64,000 bases of DNA from Acidobacteriota bacterium (lineage in GTDB: Bacteria > Acidobacteriota > Thermoanaerobaculia > Multivoradales > JBCCEF01), in contig JBCCHV010000009.1 of the NCBI GenBank assembly GCA_039028635.1, positions 15,446 to 79,445 of the forward strand, read 5' to 3'. A program made the position numbers and the translations under genes. Within the stretch, counting starts at the first letter, position 1. Every line of letters begins with the position of its first letter. The notes beneath the pieces were generated by a model. It searched no databases. It was not told the origin of the DNA and saw only the letters and a list, made by a program, of their open reading frames with translations. Shown here in pieces: positions 1-8,671 of this stretch.

Positions 1-919
1 CCGGCAGATCCGAGGAGACGATCGGCCGGCCGGTGGCGAGGTACTCGAACATCTTCATCGGCGACATCCAGCCGCTGGTGTCGGTCTTGCCGCTGGCGAC
101 GCCGACCTTGCGCTGGTAGGGCATCAGCAGAATGTCGAAGCGGCCGTAGTGGTCCGCCAGCTCGCCGGGGGCGACGAAGCCGTGGAAGGTCAGGTTGGGC
201 AGAGCGGTGGTGGCGCGCCAGCGCTCGACGTCCTCGCGCCGGCCGCCCACCAGGTGGAAGGAGCACTGCGGCAGGCGCTCGGCGAGGGCGACGATCACCT
301 CGACGCCGCGCCCCGGGTAGAGGTGACCGATATAGCCGATCTGCGGCTCGTTCCAGGGCGGCGTTCGTGGTTCGGCGACGGCCATCGGGTCGGCGGCGTC
401 GTGGGCTACCAGCAGCCGGTCGGCGGGGGGCAGCAGGCCAAGGCCCTCGAAGCGCTCCGCCAGGGCCTGCGAGATGACCACCAGGCGCTCGAGATGGGGG
501 CTGGCGAAAAGCTCGCGGTGCCAGCGCGTGGCGCGGGCGGTCTTGGGCAGGCCGTGGGCCTCGAAAATGGTTGGCAGGCCGAGGCGAACGGAGCGCCAGG
601 CGCCGAACAGGTCACGGCTGAAGACCGTGGTGCCGGCCTCGCGGCGGGCTCGCCGCAAGCGGCGCTCGAGGGCGAGGCTGTAGACCAGGCCGCCGCCGCG
701 CCACGCCGGCCGGGGCAGCTTGTCGAGGCGGAAGATCGGTTCGACGCCGTAGAAGCGGTGATCGTCCTCGACCCCCGGCTCCTGGCGCGGCGGACAGCGC
801 TTGGTGATCAGCTCCACCTGGTGCCCCTGGCGCGCCAGGGCGGCGCACATCTTCATCACGTGGACGGCGCTGGCGCGGCGCGACGGCACGTAGGACAGGG
901 ACAGGTAGAGCAGGCGCAT
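1..919 (-). CDS. Glycosyltransferase, GT4/GT1 (GT-B fold); C-terminus runs off the window edge
   Basis: Not in the ORF track because no stop lies in the window. My minus-strand translation from ATG (cat at 917-919) gives MRLLYLSLSYVPSRRASAVHVMKMCAALARQGHQVELITKR. Near position 1 it reads GKTDTSGWMSPMKMFEYLATGRPIVSSDLP, a typical GT4 N-terminus and C-terminal sugar-donor region. Confidence 0.75.
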   Translation of the reverse strand, partial: MRLLYLSLSYVPSRRASAVHVMKMCAALARQGHQVELITKRCPPRQEPGVEDDHRFYGVEPIFRLDKLPRPAWRGGGLVYSLALERRLRRARREAGTTVFSRDLFGAWRSVRLGLPTIFEAHGLPKTARATRWHRELFASPHLERLVVISQALAERFEGLGLLPPADRLLVAHDAADPMAVAEPRTPPWNEPQIGYIGHLYPGRGVEVIVALAERLPQCSFHLVGGRREDVERWRATTALPNLTFHGFVAPGELADHYGRFDILLMPYQRKVGVASGKTDTSGWMSPMKMFEYLATGRPIVSSDLP

Positions 920-940
920 GACGGCGTTTCGGCTCCCGCC

Positions 941-1972
941 TCAGGCGGCGAGGTCGCGCAGGATCTGCGCCAGGCGCTGGCCGTTCGCGGTCAGGAAATA
1001 GCGCTGGCGCAGCGTCTCCTGACCGCGTTCGGCGAAGCGGCGGCGCAGCTCGCCGTCGGCGAGCAGGGTGTCGAGCTTGGTCACCCACTCGTCTTCGTGG
1101 GTGGCCAGGAAGCCGTTGACGCCGTCCTCGATCGCGAAGCGGTTGTCGCCCACCGGGCTGGCGACCACGGCGGCGCCGCCGGCGAGGTACTCGAGCAGCT
1201 TGGTGACCAGCTTCTGATTCCAGTCGGTGGCTTCGAGGGGCAACACCGCGATGTCGAACTTGGTGATCTCCGTCGGCACCTTCTCCGGGCTGAGCCACTC
1301 GATGACGTCGAGGTCGAGATCCGGGACGGCGCGGAAGTCGGCCACCAGATCGTCGGCACCCTTGGCGCCGATCAGGCGGAAGGTGAAGGGCGTCTCGAGG
1401 CGGCGGAAGACGGCCATCAGCAGGCGCAGGTTCTTCTCGTGGAGGCGCGCCCCGCCGACCCATCCGACCACCGGCCGCGGGGCCTCCGGCCGCGACGCGG
1501 AGAGGTCGTGGATCTCGCCCGCCCGCACGCTGTTGGGCACGATGTGGACCTCGTCGTTGTAGCGCCGGGCGAAGCGCGCCAGGTCCTCGCAGCTCACCAC
1601 CACGGCGTCGGCCCAGCGCGCCAGCAGGGCGGTCTTGCGCGGCGAGTGGAGAAAGATCGGGTCGCAGTAGTCGAACACCATGGCGCGCCGGAAGAGCCAC
1701 TTGTGGAGCACCGCCAGGCCCACGAACAGGGTATTGTGGATCGGGCGCTGCAGGTAGATGACGTCGCCCTTGCGAGCCTTGCGGAGCTGGCGGTGGAGGC
1801 GCCACAGCTCGGCCAGCCCGCCGCGCGGAATGCGCAGCCCGAAGCGCCGCGGTGGCGGATCGCAAATCTCCACCTCGAGGCCCTGCTGGCGCAGCTCTTC
1901 GGCGAAGAAAAAGCAGCGGTAGCGGCTGCTCGGGACGTTCTCGTCGCCCTTCGAGAAGTACCAGATCTTCAT
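941..1972 (-). CDS. Glycosyltransferase family 1/4
   Basis: Inside ORF 941..2194. The N-terminal 74 aa of that ORF are low-complexity S/P/R shadow. The real start is probably MKIWYFSK (cat at 1970-1972). The C-terminal part DWNQKLVTKLLEYLAGGAAVVASPVGDNRFAIEDGVNGFLA is a GT1 signature. Confidence 0.8.
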   Translation of the reverse strand: MKIWYFSKGDENVPSSRYRCFFFAEELRQQGLEVEICDPPPRRFGLRIPRGGLAELWRLHRQLRKARKGDVIYLQRPIHNTLFVGLAVLHKWLFRRAMVFDYCDPIFLHSPRKTALLARWADAVVVSCEDLARFARRYNDEVHIVPNSVRAGEIHDLSASRPEAPRPVVGWVGGARLHEKNLRLLMAVFRRLETPFTFRLIGAKGADDLVADFRAVPDLDLDVIEWLSPEKVPTEITKFDIAVLPLEATDWNQKLVTKLLEYLAGGAAVVASPVGDNRFAIEDGVNGFLATHEDEWVTKLDTLLADGELRRRFAERGQETLRQRYFLTANGQRLAQILRDLAA

Positions 1973-1982
1973 GGCGACGGAA

Positions 1983-3107
1983 CTACGCCAGGCCTTTGTT
2001 GCGCAGCTCCTGCTGGGCCGCCTGGAAGCGATCCTCGGCCTGCTGGCCATCGGCCCAGGCGGCGAGGTCGCGCAGGCCGTCGGCGAGCTCGATGGCGGGC
2101 GCGAAGCCGAGGTCGCGCAGGGCCGAGATGTCGGCGAAGCAGTGGCGGATGTCGCCCTGTCGGAAGCGCCCGGCGATCTCCGGCTGCAACTCACCCTGCT
2201 TGCCGTAGAGCTCGATCAGCAGCTCGGCGAGCTCGACCACCGAGACGGTGTGGCCGCTGCCGACGTTGAACACCCGGTAGTCGGCCCCGGCATGCTCCAT
2301 GACGAGCTGGACGGCGGCGACGATGTCGTAGACGCTGACGAAGTCGCGGCGCTGCTGGCCGTCCTCGTAGACCAGCGGCGCGTTGCCGGCCTTGATGCGC
2401 GACGAGAAGATGGCGGCGACCCCGGTGTAGGGGTTCGAGAGCGCCTGCCGCGGTCCGTAGACGTTGAAAAAGCGCAGCGCCACCACCGGCAGCTTGTAGG
2501 CCTTGCCGATGGCGACGCAGAGGCGCTCTTGGTCGTACTTGGTGAGGGCGTAGACGGAGGTCGGGTCGAGGGGCTTCGACTCGTCCGTCGGCCGAGGAGC
2601 CAGGGCCTCACCGCAGCTCGGGCAGCGTGGCTCCCACTGGCCGGCTTCGAGCTGCTCGATGCTGCGATCACCGGGAGCCTGGAGGCCGCAGGTGGCGCAG
2701 TCGTAGAGGCCTTCACCGTAGACGCTCATCGACGACGCCACCACCAGCTTGCGGATCTGGCCGCGGCCCTGGTTGACCAGCCGGTCGAGGAGCTTCGAGG
2801 TGCCGAGGGTGTTGGACTCGACGTACTTCTCGATGGCGTACATCGACTGGCCGACGCCGACGCTGGCGGCGAAATGGACCACCACGTCGACCCCCTCGAG
2901 GCACGCCGCCAGGGCAGCGTCGTCGGACATCGAGGCGAAGGTGTAGTCGACCTGCGGGTTGAGGTAGTCGGGGCGCTGCCCGCCCTCGTGAACCTGCGGG
3001 TCGAGGGCGTCGAGCACCCGCACCCGGTGACCGTCGGCAACCAGCTTGTCGACCAGGTGGGAGCCGATGAAACCGGCGCCGCCGGTGACCAGAATGGTTT
3101 CGCTCAT
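1983..3107 (-). CDS. NAD-dependent epimerase/dehydratase (extended SDR) with internal four-Cys insertion
   Basis: Has TGGAGFIGSHL Rossmann motif, SSMSVYG, and YALTK catalytic Y-x3-K. CATCG...CPSCG is inserted between the catalytic Ser and Tyr regions. Confidence 0.9.
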   Translation of the reverse strand: MSETILVTGGAGFIGSHLVDKLVADGHRVRVLDALDPQVHEGGQRPDYLNPQVDYTFASMSDDAALAACLEGVDVVVHFAASVGVGQSMYAIEKYVESNTLGTSKLLDRLVNQGRGQIRKLVVASSMSVYGEGLYDCATCGLQAPGDRSIEQLEAGQWEPRCPSCGEALAPRPTDESKPLDPTSVYALTKYDQERLCVAIGKAYKLPVVALRFFNVYGPRQALSNPYTGVAAIFSSRIKAGNAPLVYEDGQQRRDFVSVYDIVAAVQLVMEHAGADYRVFNVGSGHTVSVVELAELLIELYGKQGELQPEIAGRFRQGDIRHCFADISALRDLGFAPAIELADGLRDLAAWADGQQAEDRFQAAQQELRNKGLA

Positions 3108-3138
3108 CTCAAGTCCTCGCGAAAGAAAAAGACAACCT

Positions 3139-3876
3139 TCAGGCGCTCGCCTTGCGGCCGACGCCGATCAGATTCTTGCCCTGCAGGGCTTCGTCATCGA
3201 GCCACAGCACTTGCCGGTAGAGCAGCCGGAAGGCGGCCCACAGGAAGCGGTCGAAGACCAGCCGGGCCAGGGGATTCGAGTGCCGGCTGACGGCGCCTTC
3301 GACGCGGTCGACGGTGAAGCCGGTGAGCTCGAAGACCTGCGCCAGGCTGCTGCGGGTGAAGCCGAGCTCGTGGGTGATGTCGACGAAGCGGGTGCGCAGG
3401 TTGAGGGGATTGCTCATGTTCGGCACCCGCACCACCACCCGGCCGCCGACATCGAGGGCGCCGTGGATGGCTCTCAGCAGGCCGAGGGCTTCCGCCTTCG
3501 GGCAGTGCTCGAGGACGTCGCTCATCAAGATCAGGTCGAAGCGCCCCGGCGAGCCCTCGAGGAAGCTCAGGCCGTCCGAGCACTCGACCTCCGGCAGGCC
3601 GTTGCGGTTGCAGAAGTCGACCTGCTCCTGGGAGATGTCGATGCCCTGGACGCGCTCGTAGCCGAGGCTCTTGCAGAGGCGCAGGAAGCCGCCGCTGCCG
3701 CAGCCGATCTCGAGGATGGCGGCCTGCCGGTCGTCGGGCAGGTAGGCGCCGAACTCGCGGTCATAGGTGCCGATGGAGCGCTCCAGGCCAGCCTCCGACA
3801 GATCGTTGCGCAGGTGAGCGTAGATCGACGACAGGTACTGGTCGAAGGCCTCGTCGCGGTAGGTGGCTGGGCTCAC
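3139..3876 (-). CDS. Class I SAM-dependent methyltransferase
   Basis: ILEIGCGSGGF motif I, DVLEHCP motif, GTG start. It is a paralog of the next gene. Confidence 0.85.
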   Translation of the reverse strand: MSPATYRDEAFDQYLSSIYAHLRNDLSEAGLERSIGTYDREFGAYLPDDRQAAILEIGCGSGGFLRLCKSLGYERVQGIDISQEQVDFCNRNGLPEVECSDGLSFLEGSPGRFDLILMSDVLEHCPKAEALGLLRAIHGALDVGGRVVVRVPNMSNPLNLRTRFVDITHELGFTRSSLAQVFELTGFTVDRVEGAVSRHSNPLARLVFDRFLWAAFRLLYRQVLWLDDEALQGKNLIGVGRKASA

Positions 3877-3886
3877 GGTCGGCGCC

Positions 3887-4618
3887 TCACGATGCCTTCG
3901 GGGTGGCGACGCCGATGATGTTCTTGCCGCGCAGGACCTGGGCGCGGATCTGCATGGTGCGACGACAGAACTGCTGGAAGGCCCACCACGCCATGCGATC
4001 GAAGACCAGCTTGGCGAGCGGGTTGCGGTGCTGGCCGGCGGCGGCGTGCACCGACTCGACCTCGAAGCCGGCGATGCGCAGCATCTGCTCGAGGGCTTCC
4101 TTCGAGTAGCCGACCTCGTGGGTGAAGTCGCCGTAGCGCGCCTGCAGGTTGAGGGGATTGCTCATGTTCGGCACCCGCAGGACCAGTCGGCCTTCGGGCT
4201 GCAGACAGGCGGCGATGGCCTTCAGGAGATCGAGACCGGCCTGCTTCGGGAGGTGCTCGAGGACGTCGATCATCACCACCGTCGCCCAGCGCTGGTCGCT
4301 GCCGGCCAAGAAATCGAGGCCGCTGGCGCACACCACCGACTCGTGACCGCGCTGATGGCAGACCTCGACCAGCTCGTGGGAAATCTCGACCCCTTGCACG
4401 GTTTGGTAGCCGCTCTCCGCGAGGAAGTCGAGGAAGCCGCCGACGCTGCAGCCGATCTCGAGGATCGGGGCGTCCTTGTCCGACGGCAGGAAGGCGCCGA
4501 ACTCCCGTTGATAGGCCTGGCGCGACTTGGCGATCCCTTCCTCCGAAAGGTCGCTGCGATGGGCCGAGGCAGTCGTCAGGTAATGCCCGAAGACCTCCGA
4601 GCTGTAGCGATCGGTCAT
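3887..4618 (-). CDS. Class I SAM-dependent methyltransferase (tandem paralog)
   Basis: Inside ORF 3887..4816. I chose the start at MTDRYSSEVF (cat 4616-4618) because the longer form would overlap the upstream flippase gene. Has ILEIGCSVGGF and DVLEHLP, and is colinear with 3139..3876 along its whole length (VRVPNMSNPLNL shared). Confidence 0.85.
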   Translation of the reverse strand: MTDRYSSEVFGHYLTTASAHRSDLSEEGIAKSRQAYQREFGAFLPSDKDAPILEIGCSVGGFLDFLAESGYQTVQGVEISHELVEVCHQRGHESVVCASGLDFLAGSDQRWATVVMIDVLEHLPKQAGLDLLKAIAACLQPEGRLVLRVPNMSNPLNLQARYGDFTHEVGYSKEALEQMLRIAGFEVESVHAAAGQHRNPLAKLVFDRMAWWAFQQFCRRTMQIRAQVLRGKNIIGVATPKAS

Positions 4619-4784
4619 GCTTTTCTCTCTGAGCCCGAAATGGGGGAGCACCAACGCCGTGAATCCGCTGAAAGCTTCGCGTTGGTGCCGAAAGTCTAAC
4701 AGATCGTGCCCTCTCCCAGAGCTTTTCAGGAGCCCCGGAAGGCTGCCGGCAAGGGCTTTCCTCGTTGCGGGATCACGCCCATTC

Positions 4785-6143
4785 TCAGGCCGGAGCTTGC
4801 GTCTCCTCGGGACCATCCTCGGAGCCGCCCGCGAGAAGACCTCGAAGCCGTTTCAGCTCGCGGGCGATGACCACCAGCGACAGGGCGATGCCGACCAGGT
4901 AGAGGCCCGAGAGGATGCCGGCGAGGGCGAGGTAGCCGGCGATCGGCAGCAGGGTGATCGCCAGGGCGACCTTGAGCACCGCATTGACGATGGCGATCTT
5001 GAAGGCGGCGTCGGGGCGGCCAAAGGCGAGCAGCGCCGGCCGGGTCCAGAAGAGCAGATTCGACAGGCCGAGTCCGATCAGCAGGAGGCGTACCACGGCC
5101 ACCGCTGGCAAGAATTCCGGGCCGTAGAAGCGTTCGACGATCCAGGGCGCCAGCAGCGCCAGGGCGAGGCAGACCGGCACCACCCAGAGGGCGCTGATCT
5201 GGGTGCTACGGAGCAGGATCTTGCGCACTGCGCCGGCGGAGCGTCGGGCCACCGCCTTCGAAAGCTCCGGATAGACCGACTTGACCATCGGCGAAGCGGC
5301 GGCGAAGGGTACCTTGAGGAGGGACATGGCGAGCTTGTAGTAACCGGCCTCGGTGGGGGTCTGGAAGAAGGAGATCCACAGCAGGTCGGCTTCTTTGATG
5401 ATCAGGCTCAGGGTGGCGCCGAAGTTGGTGAACAGGGTGAAGCGGCGCATCTCCCGCCAGCGCTCGCCAAGCAGGCTCCAGGAGGCCTTCCACCAATCGG
5501 CACCGAGCTGCCGGACCGCCTCCCGGTGGGTGGCGACGAGGCTGGCGATGGCGATGGTGCCGTGGCCCAGCAGATAGGCGGCGATGACCTCGCCGAGGCC
5601 GCCGTCGAGGAGGCTGGCGGCGACCACCGCCAGCAGGATGATCAAGCGCCGCAGGACGTTGAAGCGGGCCTGGAGGGCGAAGCGATCGAAGGCCTGGAGG
5701 GCGCCGGTGGTCGATTCGATCATCGCTTCGGCGAGCACGATGAGACCGTAGGTGATGATCCAGCGGGCCGCCTGCGGGTCCCCCAGGAAGCGGTCGGCGG
5801 TCCACGGCGCGAGGGCGGCGATGAGGAGGAAGGCGACGCCGGCGGTGACCCCTTCGGTGAGCAGGGCGCCCTTCAGGACCGCCCCGCCGAGCTTGGGGTC
5901 TTCGCTCTCCTGGGCTTCCGCCAGGTACTTGACCACGAACTCGTTCATGCGAAAAGACAGCAGGCGCTTGGTGACCGTCACGATGGTGATGACGATGCCG
6001 AGGACGCCGAAGGTGGCGACGCCCAGCAGGCGGGCGACGACGATGCTCTCGACGAAGGCCAGCGGCATCGACAGGCCGCGGGCGCTGAGCAGCCAGAGGG
6101 TGTTGCCGAGGATGCGGCGGGTGACCGACCGCTCGGCGCTCAT
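4785..6143 (-). CDS. wzx: Polysaccharide flippase, MOP/Wzx-like multi-pass membrane protein
   Basis: 452 aa, hydrophobic throughout with about 12 predicted helices. The N-terminus ILGNTLWLLSARGLSMPLAFVESIVVARLLG is typical of oligosaccharide flippases. Lies in a glycan locus. Confidence 0.75.
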   Translation of the reverse strand: MSAERSVTRRILGNTLWLLSARGLSMPLAFVESIVVARLLGVATFGVLGIVITIVTVTKRLLSFRMNEFVVKYLAEAQESEDPKLGGAVLKGALLTEGVTAGVAFLLIAALAPWTADRFLGDPQAARWIITYGLIVLAEAMIESTTGALQAFDRFALQARFNVLRRLIILLAVVAASLLDGGLGEVIAAYLLGHGTIAIASLVATHREAVRQLGADWWKASWSLLGERWREMRRFTLFTNFGATLSLIIKEADLLWISFFQTPTEAGYYKLAMSLLKVPFAAASPMVKSVYPELSKAVARRSAGAVRKILLRSTQISALWVVPVCLALALLAPWIVERFYGPEFLPAVAVVRLLLIGLGLSNLLFWTRPALLAFGRPDAAFKIAIVNAVLKVALAITLLPIAGYLALAGILSGLYLVGIALSLVVIARELKRLRGLLAGGSEDGPEETQAPA

Positions 6144-7264
6144 GGAGGGCAGAGGACGGGGCTCAGGCGCTCGGCGATGTGGCCCGCCAGCTCAGCGTTG
6201 AAGGCGGCCGAGTAGTGCACCCGGTCGATGTAGAAGAGGTCTTGGCGGCCTTCTTGGACGTCGGCGAGCCACAGGAACTGGGGATCTTCTGGATCGCGCT
6301 CGCGGTCCATCCGCTGGTAGACCCGAGCCAGCAGCTCGGCGGCGGGAATGCCGGTGTCGGCGAACAGGTGGTGCTCGAGGTCGTAGCCCCAGGCCGGTAC
6401 CGGCTGCCAGACGAAGAGAGCGTGAGCTCCGGCGGCCTCGGCCGTGGCGGTGGTCAGTTGGCGATTGCGTCGCCAGCGCTCGAGGACCTGCGGGGCGCGA
6501 CCGGGATCGCCGGCGGTCACCGCGTCGGGGCCGGTCGGCTGCAGCCGGCGAAGGAGACGGAACAGCGCCAGGGTCTTGACGGCGCGGCGCCGCACGGAGG
6601 TGTCGCTCTCGTCCATCAACGCCGCCAGGCGGCCGGTGAACTTGGGCTCGTCGCGGTCGTAGAGGGTGTCGTTCAGGCCATCGAGGAAAACCGCCGCGCG
6701 CGGCACCTGGCCGGCCGACAGGAGCTGGGTGAAGAGGATGCGCTCCTGGGTGCTGTAGTAGTTGGAGCGCGCCAGGTTGTAGACCGGCAGCGGCCGTCCG
6801 CAGGTGGCTTCGAGGTGGCGGCCGAGGGCCGCCGGCAGGGTCTCGTGATCGGCGACACCGTAGCCGAAGGCGGTCGATCCACCGAAGACGAAGACCGATT
6901 CTTCGCCTTCCCGGGGCGGCCAGTCGGGGTCTTCGGGCCCCTGCCGAAAGCCCGCCGATGAGACGTTGACGAAACGCCCGCTGAAGGCCTGCTCGCGGAA
7001 CTGGACGTAGGGCTCGTAGCGGTAGGTCCGGTTCCAGGTCTCGTCGAGGAGCTGGCGGCGATCGTCTTCGCTCCAGCCCGGATAGGCCTGCGCCAGGACC
7101 TCGTCGCGGTAGAGCTGGGAGCCGGACCTCTGCGGCAGCAGCGCCAACAGCAGGGCTGCCGCCAGGTTGATCAGGAGCAGCGTCAGCAGGCCGTTGAGCA
7201 CCATCAGGGCGCAGCCGCGATAGGCGCCGACGAGGCGTGGCGCGGTGCGCTCCCGAGGGCTCAT
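6140..7264 (-). CDS. Membrane-anchored SGNH/GDSL-like hydrolase (putative glycan O-acyl esterase/transferase)
   Basis: N-terminal TM helix. FGGSTAFG (block I-like), DGLND (block III-like) and DRVHY (block V D-x-x-H). ATGA overlaps at both ends. Confidence 0.6.
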   Translation of the reverse strand: MSPRERTAPRLVGAYRGCALMVLNGLLTLLLINLAAALLLALLPQRSGSQLYRDEVLAQAYPGWSEDDRRQLLDETWNRTYRYEPYVQFREQAFSGRFVNVSSAGFRQGPEDPDWPPREGEESVFVFGGSTAFGYGVADHETLPAALGRHLEATCGRPLPVYNLARSNYYSTQERILFTQLLSAGQVPRAAVFLDGLNDTLYDRDEPKFTGRLAALMDESDTSVRRRAVKTLALFRLLRRLQPTGPDAVTAGDPGRAPQVLERWRRNRQLTTATAEAAGAHALFVWQPVPAWGYDLEHHLFADTGIPAAELLARVYQRMDRERDPEDPQFLWLADVQEGRQDLFYIDRVHYSAAFNAELAGHIAERLSPVLCPP

Positions 7265-7920
7265 GGGCCCTCGCCCGGGGGCAGGCCGAGGTGTGGCCGC
7301 AGCCCGACCAGGTCGGCGACCCGCGGCACCTCCTCGGCGGCGAAGACGGAGCCCAGCTCGCGACCCACGAATCGGGTGCCGACGGCCTGGGCGGCGCGCA
7401 GATCGGTCATGCCGTCCCCCACCATCACCACCTCCCGCGGTGCCAGCCGGTGGCGTTGGAGGAGGTCTTCGAGGATGGCCTCCTTGGGCCGCGGCGCGCC
7501 GTGGACCTCGGCGAAGTAGGGGCCGAGGCCGCGCTCGGCGACGATCTGGCGCAGCTCTACCTGCGGTGTGCCGCTGGCGACGAAGGCGGGCAGCTTGCCG
7601 ACCAGGTCGGCGAGCACCTGCCGGGCGCCGGGGACCATCGGGCAGGCCATCACCTGCTCGAGGGCGATCGCCGAGTAGCGTTCGCCGAGCTGGCGCGAGG
7701 CTTCGTCGCTCAGCGGCTCGGCGAAGAGCTCACGGTAGATCCACTCGAACTTGCGGTAGCGCGACAGACCGACGTTTTCGAGGTGGTGGCGCAGGATCGC
7801 CTCGCGGTGCTCCGGCCGGTCGGCGAACAGGTCGGCGAAGGCGCGGGTCTTGATCTCGGTCGACTCGAGGATGACGCCGTCGAAATCGAAGACCACGGCG
7901 CGCAGGGGCGGGGTCGTCAT
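7261..7920 (-). CDS. HAD-superfamily phosphatase
   Basis: Inside ORF 7261..8175, with start at MTTPPLRAVVFDFDGVILES (cat 7918-7920). Has DFDG motif I, a SGT motif, and a VGDGMTD motif IV. Confidence 0.85.
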   Translation of the reverse strand: MTTPPLRAVVFDFDGVILESTEIKTRAFADLFADRPEHREAILRHHLENVGLSRYRKFEWIYRELFAEPLSDEASRQLGERYSAIALEQVMACPMVPGARQVLADLVGKLPAFVASGTPQVELRQIVAERGLGPYFAEVHGAPRPKEAILEDLLQRHRLAPREVVMVGDGMTDLRAAQAVGTRFVGRELGSVFAAEEVPRVADLVGLRPHLGLPPGEGP

Positions 7921-7927
7921 CGCGGAC

Positions 7928-8671
7928 CTACAGATCCTTGATCTTCGGCAGTTGCGACAGCCACCACTGGGAGAAGCTGAGATCGAGGTGGGTGTGAATA
8001 TCGCGGCCGGTGACCCAGTTGCGCACGATCGGCTTGCTGCGCTTGCCCATCCACCACCAGGGGTTGGGACCTTCGCGGCGCTGCACGCAGTCCTTGCGGA
8101 ACGCCCATACGCCCTGGTCGTAGTAGTAGGCCCGCGGATAGGACTGGCGCTCCGTCGAGACGTTGCGCTCGCCACCGTAGGGGCGCAGCAGGCCGTCGGA
8201 GATCTCCATGGCGCGCAGGGGATGGTCGTCGGCCGCTTCCCAGACGGTCATCACCGAGTCGAGGTCGTCGGCCGCCTCGAGGGTTTCGAGGCAGTGATCG
8301 AGCAAGGGTCCGTCGATCATCACCGTGTTGCCGAGCAGGAGGACGATGTTGGCAAGTCCCGCGTAGCGCTCGTCGACCCATTCGACGGCGTGCTTGATGA
8401 CGTCGCCGTGATTGACCGTGTCGCCACCGAGCTCGTCCGGTCGCTCGATTACCTCGCAGCCCAGGTCGCGGGCCGCCTGGGCGATGCTGTCGCCATCGGT
8501 CGAGATGAAGACGCGGTCGATGCGCTGGGCGTCGAGGGCCGCCTGCAGCGGGTAAGCGACCAGCGGTTTACCGTCGACCGGAAAGACGTTCTTATCGCGA
8601 ATCGATTTGCTGCCGGCGCGGGCGGTGACGATCGCCGCATTGAAGGGGGCGGCGTTGGAGGTCGAGGTCAC
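7928..8671 (-). CDS. Acylneuraminate (NeuA/CMP-sugar) family cytidylyltransferase
   Basis: AAIVTARAGSKSIRDKN N-terminal nucleotide-binding motif, with fold and length typical of the CTP_transf_3 family. GTG start overlaps the upstream stop (GTGA). Confidence 0.8.
   Translation of the reverse strand: MTSTSNAAPFNAAIVTARAGSKSIRDKNVFPVDGKPLVAYPLQAALDAQRIDRVFISTDGDSIAQAARDLGCEVIERPDELGGDTVNHGDVIKHAVEWVDERYAGLANIVLLLGNTVMIDGPLLDHCLETLEAADDLDSVMTVWEAADDHPLRAMEISDGLLRPYGGERNVSTERQSYPRAYYYDQGVWAFRKDCVQRREGPNPWWWMGKRSKPIVRNWVTGRDIHTHLDLSFSQWWLSQLPKIKDL

Noticed and set aside
149-2269. 706-aa plus-strand ORF, and similar very long ORFs elsewhere (for example 43800..46736 minus, 59308..61728 minus, 38471..40543 minus, 26118..27743 minus, 24251..25282 minus, 10042..11769 plus)
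   Set aside because: Their translations are Arg/Ala/Gly/Pro/Glu/Asp-rich low-complexity sequence. They lie antisense to or out of frame with genes carrying clear motifs (GTs, nrdJ, ABC genes and others). These are typical shadow ORFs of GC-rich DNA.
7928-8671. Standard sialic/pseudaminic/legionaminic acid (nonulosonic acid) or Kdo pathway
   Set aside because: A NeuA-family cytidylyltransferase is present. However, no NeuB/PseI/LegI/KdsA-type synthase, aminotransferase or acetyltransferase is visible in the locus, so I did not call a specific nonulosonate pathway.
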